A DNA stretch of 64,000 nt from Polyangiales bacterium (lineage in GTDB: Bacteria > Myxococcota_A > Polyangia > Polyangiales > Houyiibacteriaceae), in NCBI GenBank assembly GCA_041576815.1, contig JBFGKE010000007.1, positions 43,311 through 107,310 on the forward strand, written 5' to 3'. Below are positions 27,065-35,174 of this stretch, in pieces; position 1 is the stretch's first letter; every line of letters begins with the position of its first letter. The position numbers and the translations under genes are program-made. The notes beneath the pieces were generated by a model. It did not search any database, was not told where the DNA came from, and worked only from the letters and a program-made list of their open reading frames with translations.

Positions 27065-28498
27065 CTACTCGGAGACCCTCACCTGGATACTGGTCACCAA
27101 ATCCCCAGTGGCGGTGGCGACGTCGGATACGACGACCACGGGCTGCCCGGCCTCTAGAACTTTTCGCTCACGGAGCTTCGCGAGTGCGTTCACTATCGTC
27201 TTTTCGGGGTCTTTCGAGAGGTTCATCCGAAACGGGACCACCGAGCGACTCAGCCACAGCTTGCGGCGCGTCGTGCTCATGTTGGTGAACGCGTAGATGA
27301 TCGCGTGTTGCGGCCGGTAGCTCGCGACGAGCTGGCCGAAGTAGCCGCGGCGAGTCATCACGACGATCGCTTTGGCCCCAAGCGAGTCCGCCAAACGGCA
27401 GGCCCCTTGCGCGACGTGTGCGCGCTGCGTCGCAGGCGGCGGACGCTCTTTGTAGAAATCGAGCCCTGGACCCATCTCGATGCGACGCGCAATCGTGTCG
27501 AGCACTTCGACACAGCGAATCGGGTGCCTGCCGGCGGCGGTTTCACCGCTCAGCATGATCGCGTCGGCCTGCTCGTAGACGGCGTTGGCGACGTCGGTGA
27601 CTTCGGCACGCGTCGGAAGTGGATTCTCGATCATCGATTCCAGGAGGTGGGTGGCCACGATGATCGGTTTGCCGGCAATCGCGCATCGCCGAACCATTTC
27701 CCGCTGAAGCACGGGGAGGTCTTCAAATGCGACTTCGACGCCGAGGTCACCGCGAGCGACCATGATGCCGTCCGCCGCCTCGAGAATCGCGTCGAAGTTG
27801 TCGACGCCCTCTTGGTTCTCGATTTTGGCGATGAGCCGCTGATGCCCGCCGGCTTCATCGATGATGTCCCGTACCTCTTGCACGTCCTCGACGCCTCGAA
27901 CGAAAGACAGGGCGATGAAGTCGACGTCTTGCTCGATGGCAAACGTGATGTCTTCGCGGTCCTTCTTCGTGATCGAGGGCAGGTTCACGCGAACTCCGGG
28001 CAAATTGACGTGCTTTCGCGAGCCGAGCGTGCCGCCATCGAGCACGCGGCACTTGAGTCGGTGCTGGGAGACCTCGAGCACCTCTAGGTTGATGAGACCG
28101 TTGTCGACCGTGACGCGCTCGCCGACGCGAAGGTCGCTCACGAGATCCTGGTAGTTCACGTGAACGCTACGCTCTTCTGCGTCGTCGGCGAGCACGGTGA
28201 AGTAGAAGACGTCGCCGGTTTTGAGGTCGAGGCTTTCGGCAAGCTCGCCCGTACGGATCTCCGGCCCCTGAAGGTCCATCAAGATCGACACGGGGTGCGG
28301 TAGCTTCTTGCTGAGGCTCTTGAGGTTGCGAATGACCTGAAGGTGCGATGCGTGGTCACCGTGGGACATGTTGAGACGCGCGAGATTCATGCCCGCACGG
28401 GCCAGGCCGGCGAGCGAATCCCACGAGCTCGTCGAAGGACCAATGGTGCAGACGATCTTCGTGAGCCGGGTCTGTAACGCTTGCGGCGGCAGCTTCAT
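27065..28498 (-). CDS. pyk: Pyruvate kinase
   Basis: TKIVCTIGPSTSS, NLARLNMSHGDH, MVARGDLGVE and IVATHLLESM are full-length canonical PK blocks. Confidence 0.95.
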   Translation of the reverse strand: MKLPPQALQTRLTKIVCTIGPSTSSWDSLAGLARAGMNLARLNMSHGDHASHLQVIRNLKSLSKKLPHPVSILMDLQGPEIRTGELAESLDLKTGDVFYFTVLADDAEERSVHVNYQDLVSDLRVGERVTVDNGLINLEVLEVSQHRLKCRVLDGGTLGSRKHVNLPGVRVNLPSITKKDREDITFAIEQDVDFIALSFVRGVEDVQEVRDIIDEAGGHQRLIAKIENQEGVDNFDAILEAADGIMVARGDLGVEVAFEDLPVLQREMVRRCAIAGKPIIVATHLLESMIENPLPTRAEVTDVANAVYEQADAIMLSGETAAGRHPIRCVEVLDTIARRIEMGPGLDFYKERPPPATQRAHVAQGACRLADSLGAKAIVVMTRRGYFGQLVASYRPQHAIIYAFTNMSTTRRKLWLSRSVVPFRMNLSKDPEKTIVNALAKLRERKVLEAGQPVVVVSDVATATGDLVTSIQVRVSE

Positions 28499-28522
28499 CG
28501 CTGCGCGGAGCGTAGGCCAGGC

Positions 28523-29596
28523 CTATACGGGAGACAATCGGCGGCGGACCGAGAAAAGGAGTAGCAAGACGCCTTCCACGAGGGCAGTGGAGCGGTCGTC
28601 GGGCGTTCGCGACGAAGCGGCGCACGTGACGGCGCCGTCGAGCGAGCCACCTTTGGGCACGTGAATCGGATCCGCACCGGCCGCCAAGAACGAGCGGCTT
28701 TCATCGGTTTGCGGCACGGCAGGCTCGAATTCATCTCCTGCGACGTCCTCGATCCAAGGAAGGTACGCGGAAAGCAAGGTGTACACGCCACCGTCACCGC
28801 AGTCCCGTTTGACGTCGGAGCGGCCCCGCGACACCAACCCAACGAGGTAGTCACCCTCTTCAGTGGGCACGTAGAGCGGACCGCCCGAATCTCCGAAGCA
28901 GGAGTCACCGAGCTGATCGAGCCGCCGAGTCAACAGCTCACGTTGGCCCAGGATGTCGATCACCGCGTCCGAAATGTACAGCTGCCCCGAGAGGTCAGCG
29001 TCGAGATCGTAGACACCGTAGCCAGCGACGAACGCGAGGTCGCCGTGATGGACGAGCTCGGACTCGCGCTCCCGACGGAGCATGGGCGCTTTCGGCACGT
29101 GATCGAAAGGCTCGGCGAGGAAGAGCAGCGCGATGTCGTTCGGCGAGCCCATGCCGCCCTGCCCCGCACCGGTTCGGCTTCGACCCATGATGAAATCGTG
29201 GTCGTACCCTTCGTGGACGCGCGCGTACTCGACCGATCGGATCATGTTCGGCGCGACCTCTTGGTGGTCGAGGTGTCCGGCCACCACCTCGAACGCGCCG
29301 GGTGCGATTGGCTGTACGAGGCCTCGATCAGGCTCGATGACGGCACAGTGCGCTGCGGTGACGACGAGCGCCGCGGAGATCAGCGTCCCGGAGCAAAAGC
29401 CAGCGCTCGCGCCGGGGCGCCGAATTTCGACGGTTGCGAAGATCTGGCTCGTCGTCGCCCTCCAACCGCCGACGACGTAGCCGTGCGCGGCTGCGATCTC
29501 GGAGTTGTCGTCGAGGTGGCTCCCCGGGTCACCGCAGCCTAGGGTTATGCCCAAAAGGGTTACAGACAGGGCTTTGTATGCCTTTGGGGGATGCAT
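28523..29596 (-). CDS. Chymotrypsin-family (S1) serine protease lipoprotein with MYXO-CTERM-like tail
   Basis: Lipobox LGITLGCGDP. VVGG..FCSGTLISAALVVTAAHC, NDIALL and GDSGGPLY form the catalytic triad. C-terminus VTCAASSRTPDDRSTALVEGVLLLLFSVRRRLSPV. Confidence 0.85.
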   Translation of the reverse strand: MHPPKAYKALSVTLLGITLGCGDPGSHLDDNSEIAAAHGYVVGGWRATTSQIFATVEIRRPGASAGFCSGTLISAALVVTAAHCAVIEPDRGLVQPIAPGAFEVVAGHLDHQEVAPNMIRSVEYARVHEGYDHDFIMGRSRTGAGQGGMGSPNDIALLFLAEPFDHVPKAPMLRRERESELVHHGDLAFVAGYGVYDLDADLSGQLYISDAVIDILGQRELLTRRLDQLGDSCFGDSGGPLYVPTEEGDYLVGLVSRGRSDVKRDCGDGGVYTLLSAYLPWIEDVAGDEFEPAVPQTDESRSFLAAGADPIHVPKGGSLDGAVTCAASSRTPDDRSTALVEGVLLLLFSVRRRLSPV

Positions 29597-29754
29597 GGGG
29601 CAAGGTAGGTGGAAGTATCATGCGTGCGATCCTCTTCCTAGAGTGAACGTTTGTGAACCGATCATTGTGTGAGGTCCCCCACGTTTGAGGTCTGCGCGCG
29701 TTCGACGCATGCGGAAAACTTGGTGCTCTACGCCCGCGGACTCAGAGTCACGGC

Positions 29755-30369
29755 GTGGAGAGAACGAGCCGCCGCGCGCGACGGAAATCCGAAACGCTGC
29801 GCCGCATCGAGGCGGCGGGGTGGGAGCTCTTCCGAACGCGCGGGTATGAGGCGACGTCGACCCGCGAGATAGCGGAAGCAGCCGATATCGCGGCGGGCAC
29901 GTTGTTCAACTACTTCGCGGAAAAGCGGAGCCTGCTGATCCACCTCATGCAGCGCTACATCGATGCAGCCGCTGCCGAGGCATTCGAAAGATTTCGGCCG
30001 TCGACGCTCGAGCGCGACCTCACCGCCGTCTTCGACGCACTGACGGACGCGTACGCTCGGGAGAGGCGACTCAGCCGCGTATTCGTGAAGGAGCTGTTGT
30101 TCACGGATGGCCGTGGTCGTGCGGGCTCTGCGGCTTGGACGTTCGATCTCGTGAAGCGCATCTCCTCGGTGGTGCGGGAAGCGCAGAAACGTGGGGAGCT
30201 CGATCCGTCGGTCGACCCGATGGAGGTGGGACAGCAGATCTTCAGCGCACACTACTTTGGGCTCGTGACCTGGCTGGGCGGCACGATCCCGTCCCGCAGG
30301 GCGCACGAGGAGCAGTTTCGGGCTTCGTTACGCCTGCTTTTGCGTGGCCTGCGCAGACGCGCGGCTTAG
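29755..30369 (+). CDS. TetR-family transcriptional regulator
   Basis: RIEAAGWELFRTRGYEATSTREIAEAADIAAGTLFNYF is the TetR HTH. GTG start. Confidence 0.85.
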   Translation: MERTSRRARRKSETLRRIEAAGWELFRTRGYEATSTREIAEAADIAAGTLFNYFAEKRSLLIHLMQRYIDAAAAEAFERFRPSTLERDLTAVFDALTDAYARERRLSRVFVKELLFTDGRGRAGSAAWTFDLVKRISSVVREAQKRGELDPSVDPMEVGQQIFSAHYFGLVTWLGGTIPSRRAHEEQFRASLRLLLRGLRRRAA

Positions 30370-31263
30370 CCTGGCGTTGACGTCGAGGACGGCCGCCGCG
30401 ATTTCCTCGGGCACCTCTTCTTGGAGGAAATGTCCCGCCTGGGTTTCGGTCACGGGGGGGTCGCCGAGGAGCGCCTTCGTGCGTTTGAGGGCGCGGGCGA
30501 GAACCGGATCGCGACGTCCCCACACCATCGCCTTCGGACCCTCGAACGAGCGGACGAACGCCGCGCACTCTTCGAGCGCCGGGATCGAAGGGTGCCCCAT
30601 GCGGTCGACCGCCATCCGCGCGGTCGCGAGGGGTGCGACACGGTCGCGGAAGCGTCGAAGCGGGTAGCGGTACGCGCGCGCGACGTGTCCTCGAATCGTC
30701 GATTTGTCACCCTGCGCGAGGTGTAGGGCCGCTTGGGGCAAGGGGAGCACCCGAAACGCGAAGCCGCTGATGAGAGGCATGTGCGAAAAGCGATGGAATG
30801 CGGTCGGTTTGAAGCCCGGCGACGGCGCGTCGAGCACCGTGTTCAAGACCACCATGCCGCCGAGGCGATCCGGTCGCGTCGTGAAAGGATGCGTCCCGAT
30901 CGCGCCGCCCCAGTCCTGACAGACCAGGATCACTTCGCGGAGATCGAGCTGGTCGATCAGGGACCCGAGCCACCTGCTGTGATTGCGCAGGGTGTGGACC
31001 GAGAAATCGCGCGGCTTGTCGCTAAACCCAAAGCCGATCAAGTCCGGCATGATCAGGCGAAGACCCTGGCCCTGGAGCCCCATGGCAACATGACGGTAGA
31101 GAAAACCCCAGGTCGGGTTGCCGTGTACCATCAGCACGGGCCGTCCGCGCCCCGTCTCCATCACGTGCATGCGCAGGCCGTCGCCCACCGCCACGCGGTA
31201 GCGCGTAAACGGAACCTCTTTGGCGATCCACGGAGGAAGCTCGGGCGCCGCAAGTCTCTCCAC
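30328..31263 (-). CDS. Alpha/beta hydrolase, haloalkane-dehalogenase-like
   Basis: VLMVHGNPTWGFLYRHV, DLIGFGFSDKP and LVCQDWGG (nucleophile Asp elbow). GTG start at 31263. Confidence 0.8.
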   Translation of the reverse strand: MERLAAPELPPWIAKEVPFTRYRVAVGDGLRMHVMETGRGRPVLMVHGNPTWGFLYRHVAMGLQGQGLRLIMPDLIGFGFSDKPRDFSVHTLRNHSRWLGSLIDQLDLREVILVCQDWGGAIGTHPFTTRPDRLGGMVVLNTVLDAPSPGFKPTAFHRFSHMPLISGFAFRVLPLPQAALHLAQGDKSTIRGHVARAYRYPLRRFRDRVAPLATARMAVDRMGHPSIPALEECAAFVRSFEGPKAMVWGRRDPVLARALKRTKALLGDPPVTETQAGHFLQEEVPEEIAAAVLDVNARLSRASAQATQKQA

Positions 31264-31294
31264 GGTTCGAGCCTACCCCCGAACCCAGCCAAAC

Positions 31295-31332
31295 GGCACC
31301 GAAAAAGGGGACTGTCCCCTTTTTTCGGTGCC
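31295..31332. repeat. Palindromic element copy (GGCACCGAAAAAGGGGAC-T-GTCCCCTTTTTTCGGTGCC)
   Basis: 18-bp arms with one extra T. Core GGGGACTGTCCCC at 31307-31319. Lies in the 71-nt gap between two minus-strand genes. Same core as at 39.7 kb and 58.1 kb. Confidence 0.85.
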
Positions 31333-31334
31333 GA

Positions 31335-32012
31335 TTACTCCACGGCCGTCCTTCGCCATTTGCGGAATACGAGCACGCCGCCTGCGACGATCGCGACGGT
31401 GGCCATGATGATGATCGGCCAAAGACGTTCCCAGGGCCAACTCGAGAGAGGGTGTTTTTCGAGCCAAGCGGCAACGCGGACGCCGACGAGCGTCATGAGC
31501 AGCGTGAACGGCGCGACGCCGAGCACCGTGCCCGTGAGAAACGGTCCGACGTGGACTCGTGACACGCCGAGGGCCCACTGGACGGTTGGCGTCGTATAAA
31601 AAATGAGGCGGAGCAAGAGGACCGTGCGAAATCCGCGCGACTCGAGCCGATCGTCGAAGCGGCGAATTCTCTGCGGCAGTCGCTGCTGGATCCAGTCGCG
31701 GGCGATGAAGCGTGCGCCGGCGAACGCGAAGAGGCCGGTTCCAACCGTCCCAGCCCAGTTGAGGAGAAACGCCTCCGTGGGGCTCCAGATCAACGGCGCG
31801 CTCAATAAGAACACCAAGCCATTGACGCCAAACGGTTGCAGCACCGAATACGCGGCGATGAACAGCACGCCACCCCACGTGCCCGCTTCACGAAACCAAA
31901 CGCGCATCGTCGCAGGGTCGAAGCGTTCGTACGCCCCGCTCGTATAGATCCAGGCTACGAGCCCCGCCACGGCTGCGGCAAGCGCGATTTTCAGCCACGA
32001 CGTCCGGTCCAC
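31335..32012 (-). CDS. TVP38/TMEM64 (DedA-related) family membrane protein
   Basis: GTVGTGLFAFAGARFIARDWIQ...VLLLRLIFYTTPTVQWALGVSRV..FLTGTVLGVAP matches the TVP38/DedA core. Confidence 0.75.
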   Translation of the reverse strand: MDRTSWLKIALAAAVAGLVAWIYTSGAYERFDPATMRVWFREAGTWGGVLFIAAYSVLQPFGVNGLVFLLSAPLIWSPTEAFLLNWAGTVGTGLFAFAGARFIARDWIQQRLPQRIRRFDDRLESRGFRTVLLLRLIFYTTPTVQWALGVSRVHVGPFLTGTVLGVAPFTLLMTLVGVRVAAWLEKHPLSSWPWERLWPIIIMATVAIVAGGVLVFRKWRRTAVE

Positions 32013-32097
32013 GCCGGCATCCTAGCGCAGGGCGAGGGGCACTCTAGACTTCGCCTCGCACTCCGGTATAGAACGGTGCCGAACTCAGGAGGGAGCT

Positions 32098-33474
32098 TTG
32101 CAAGACGCAGTGAAACCGGCGCTGCCGGCCGCCGCAGCAGCGCGAGCATCCAAAAAAGGCGACGAGCAGGTACGCGAGTTTGGCGGCACGTTCGGCGTGA
32201 CGTTCATCATCACCCTGTCGCACGCCTTGATGCTGTACCTCTGGATCGCGTGGCGGTTCTATGAGGGCGCGCTTTTCTATCCGGCCAGCTTGTCCGACGT
32301 CGGTCCGTTCTTCGAGCGTCTGTGGGCCCAAATCGTCGCGCACGGGACGCCCACCTGGGAGATCTTCGCAATCTACGGGTCTTTCCTCGTCGTGCAGGGG
32401 CTGATGGCGGCGTATCTGCCCGGTCTCCGCATCAAGGGCCTCCCGATCCCATCGAGAGGCGGAGAGCGGCTCGAGTATCGATGCAACGCGGTCACGGCGT
32501 GGTGGCTCACGCTTGCGATCGTCGGCGTGCTGCACTTCACGGGGATCTTTCCACTGCAGCGAATCTACGATCACTTCGGCCAGTTCATGATCGCCGCGAT
32601 GATCACCGGAAACCTCGTGGCCATCGCGGTGTACTTCGGAGCAAAGGCCACGGGCAATGCCGAGCGCATGTCGGGAAGCTTCCTGTACGACTTCTTCATG
32701 GGCGCGTGGCTCAACCCGCGTATCGGCCCGCTCGATCTCAAGATGTGGGCCGAGGTCCGCGTGTCTTGGCTCACCCTCTTCCTGCTCACCCTCAGTGGGG
32801 CCGCCCACCAATACGCCACCTACGGCACGGTGAGCACGCCGATGATCTTCATGATTGTCGCACACTTCCTATACGCCAACGCCTGCATGAAAGGCGAAGA
32901 ATGCATCCCGACGACTTGGGACATCTTTTACGAGAAGTGGGGATGGATGCTGGTGTTCTGGAACCTCGCCGGGGTGCCCTTCGTGTACTGCTTCAACTCG
33001 ATGTACATCGCGTCCCGGCCTCCCTTCGAGCACTCGGTCGGCTACACGGTGTTCTGTTTCGTGCTCTTGATCGGCGCGTACTACGTGTGGGACACGGCGC
33101 AGAGCCAACGCAATCGCTTCCGCATGCAGCTCAACGGATCTTACGTGAAGCGCAAGGCGTTTCCGCAACTCCCTTGGGGCACCCTGAAGAACCCGCGCTA
33201 CCTCGAGACCAAAGCCGGCTCGAAGCTGCTAGTCGACGGATGGTGGCGGTACGCGCGCAAGATCCACTACACCACGGACATCCTGATGGCGCTCTCATGG
33301 GGCTTGATCTGCGGTTTCGACCATTTTCTTCCGTACCTCTACGTCACGTTCTTCGTGCTCATGATCCTCCATCGAGCGGGCCGAGACATCGCACGGTGCA
33401 GGAAGAAATACGGCGACGACTGGGACCGGTATTGCGAGGAGGTCCCGTATCTCTTCATTCCGTACGTGTTTTGA
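32098..33474 (+). CDS. ERG4/ERG24-family sterol reductase (7-dehydrocholesterol-reductase-like)
   Basis: TTG start 5 nt after AGGAGG (32087-32092). The polytopic C-terminal signature LLVDGWWRYARKIHYTTDILMALSWGL..YLYVTFFVLMILHRAGRDIARCRKKYGDDWDRYCEEVPYLFIPYVF parallels DHCR7/ERG24. Confidence 0.85.
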   Translation: MQDAVKPALPAAAAARASKKGDEQVREFGGTFGVTFIITLSHALMLYLWIAWRFYEGALFYPASLSDVGPFFERLWAQIVAHGTPTWEIFAIYGSFLVVQGLMAAYLPGLRIKGLPIPSRGGERLEYRCNAVTAWWLTLAIVGVLHFTGIFPLQRIYDHFGQFMIAAMITGNLVAIAVYFGAKATGNAERMSGSFLYDFFMGAWLNPRIGPLDLKMWAEVRVSWLTLFLLTLSGAAHQYATYGTVSTPMIFMIVAHFLYANACMKGEECIPTTWDIFYEKWGWMLVFWNLAGVPFVYCFNSMYIASRPPFEHSVGYTVFCFVLLIGAYYVWDTAQSQRNRFRMQLNGSYVKRKAFPQLPWGTLKNPRYLETKAGSKLLVDGWWRYARKIHYTTDILMALSWGLICGFDHFLPYLYVTFFVLMILHRAGRDIARCRKKYGDDWDRYCEEVPYLFIPYVF

Positions 33475-33486
33475 GGAGGCTTTGAC

Positions 33487-35040
33487 ATGAACGTTACGCG
33501 CATCGATGACTGCCTGAGCAATCGGGATGGCGTTCTCTTCATCGATGACGTGTCGAGCGTCGATCTCGTCGCGCGCTTCGGCTCGCCGCTCTTCGTCTTC
33601 TCGGAAGACCAAATACGCCGGAACGTTCGCCGTTTTCAGCGTGCCTTCGAACGCGGCTGGACGGCAGGCCCGATCAAAGTGATGCCCGCCGCCAAGGCGA
33701 ACTGGCTCTACGCGGTGCAGCGGGTGCTCGCCGACGAGGGTTGCGGTGCAGACATCTACTCGCCGGGGGAGCTGGACGTCGCGCTTCGGGCCGGCGTGGA
33801 TCCGAGCTTCATTTCCGTGAACGGGGTTCCAAAGAGCAAAGCGCACATCGCGCACGCCATCGACGTCGGCGCGAGGCTGACGATCGACAGCCTTCAAGAC
33901 GTCGCATTTCTCGAAGAGCTGGCCCCCAGCCTCCCGAAGACAGCGCGCGTCCGGCTGCGGATCCGGCCCGCCATCTCGGAGTTCGTCAAAAAGAGCGACT
34001 TCGCCCCCGACGGCATGGTGCCGACCGACCTCGTGGCGCTGGTCTACAAGGGTGGCCTGTCGATCGATGAAGTCATCGAAGCGGGCCGGCGCGTCATGGA
34101 CCTCCCGAATGTCGAGGTCGTCGGCTTTCACGCTCACCATGGACGGCACCATCGCTCCACTCGCTACTGGGAAGCGCAAATGCACGCATATGCGCGCGAC
34201 ATCGGCCGGGTGTGCCGCGCGCTTGGCGGCTACCGGCCGCAAGAGATCAGCATCGGCGGTGGTTTTGCGATCCCGCGCGACCCGCACAACGCGGCCACCG
34301 ACTACGCGGATCCCGTGTTGTTTGGCTCGCTACACCTGCTGTCACTGGGACTGAAGCACCTGGGCGCGAAGGTTCGATACAAAGTCGTCGACAAGCTTCT
34401 CGGGCTCGTGCAAGGGAGTCCCAATACCGTTCCTGCGCCCAGCATCGAAGAGTACGGCGCCGCGACCACGGCCGCGCTTCTCGACGCGCTCCCAAAGCAC
34501 GGCATCGATGCCAAGGACGTGATGCTGCAGCTCGAGCCGGGCCGCGCGATCCACGGGAACGCCGGCGTTCATCTCACGACGGTGGAAGCGACCAAGAAGA
34601 TGACCTCGCCGATTCGGTGGAACCTCGTGACGGTCGACACTTCGGAGTTCTGGATGACCGGCGGGCGCTTCGAACACCACCTCCATGAGCACTGCGTCGC
34701 AACCCGCCTCGGGGCGCCGAAGACGATGAAAGCCGACGTCGTCGGCCGGAGCTGTTACGGCGACAGGCTGCTCGGCGCAGTGAAGCTTCCCGAGGTCGAG
34801 GTAGGCGACCTCTTCGCCTTCCTCGACACCGGCGCTTACCAGGAGGTCTCGGCGAGCAATTTCAACGCAATGCCTCGGCCCGCTGCGATCCTGGTCACCG
34901 GTGACCGTGCGTCGGTCGTCCGGCGCGCTGAAAACCTCGAGGACGTCTTTCGCCGCGACGAGCTGCCGGCGCACCTCGCGACCGAAACAGACACAGCCGA
35001 CGCACCGCGCGATGGGCGGGCGTCTCGGAACCGAGCGTAG
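33487..35040 (+). CDS. PLP-dependent decarboxylase, Orn/DAP/Arg decarboxylase (fold-type III) family
   Basis: MPAAKANW (PLP Lys), DIYSPGELDVALRAGV, LEPGRAIHGNAG, VVGRSCYGDRL. Longer than typical LysA because of internal insertions. Confidence 0.8.
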   Translation: MNVTRIDDCLSNRDGVLFIDDVSSVDLVARFGSPLFVFSEDQIRRNVRRFQRAFERGWTAGPIKVMPAAKANWLYAVQRVLADEGCGADIYSPGELDVALRAGVDPSFISVNGVPKSKAHIAHAIDVGARLTIDSLQDVAFLEELAPSLPKTARVRLRIRPAISEFVKKSDFAPDGMVPTDLVALVYKGGLSIDEVIEAGRRVMDLPNVEVVGFHAHHGRHHRSTRYWEAQMHAYARDIGRVCRALGGYRPQEISIGGGFAIPRDPHNAATDYADPVLFGSLHLLSLGLKHLGAKVRYKVVDKLLGLVQGSPNTVPAPSIEEYGAATTAALLDALPKHGIDAKDVMLQLEPGRAIHGNAGVHLTTVEATKKMTSPIRWNLVTVDTSEFWMTGGRFEHHLHEHCVATRLGAPKTMKADVVGRSCYGDRLLGAVKLPEVEVGDLFAFLDTGAYQEVSASNFNAMPRPAAILVTGDRASVVRRAENLEDVFRRDELPAHLATETDTADAPRDGRASRNRA

Positions 35041-35174
35041 CGCAGGCGCGCGGAAACCCAGGCCTTCGCGGCGCAAATGTTTCGCTTTCAGCGGTGGAAA
35101 AGCCGGGTGTACCTTTGCGTTTCGGCGCCCGCGCCACCCGAGCGGCGGCCACCCACGGCGCAGGAAGGATCACC

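Noticed and set aside
29643-29687. Direct repeats GTGAAC-N4-GTGAAC and ACGTTTG x2 upstream of the TetR gene, considered as an operator
   Set aside because: They are not palindromic as TetR operators usually are, and short repeats of this kind are expected by chance. No further support.
31262-31290. GGTTCGAGCC, a T-loop-like string suggesting a tRNA
   Set aside because: No complementary T-stem, acceptor stem or anticodon arm can be drawn. The string sits at the start codon and 5' leader of the hydrolase gene.
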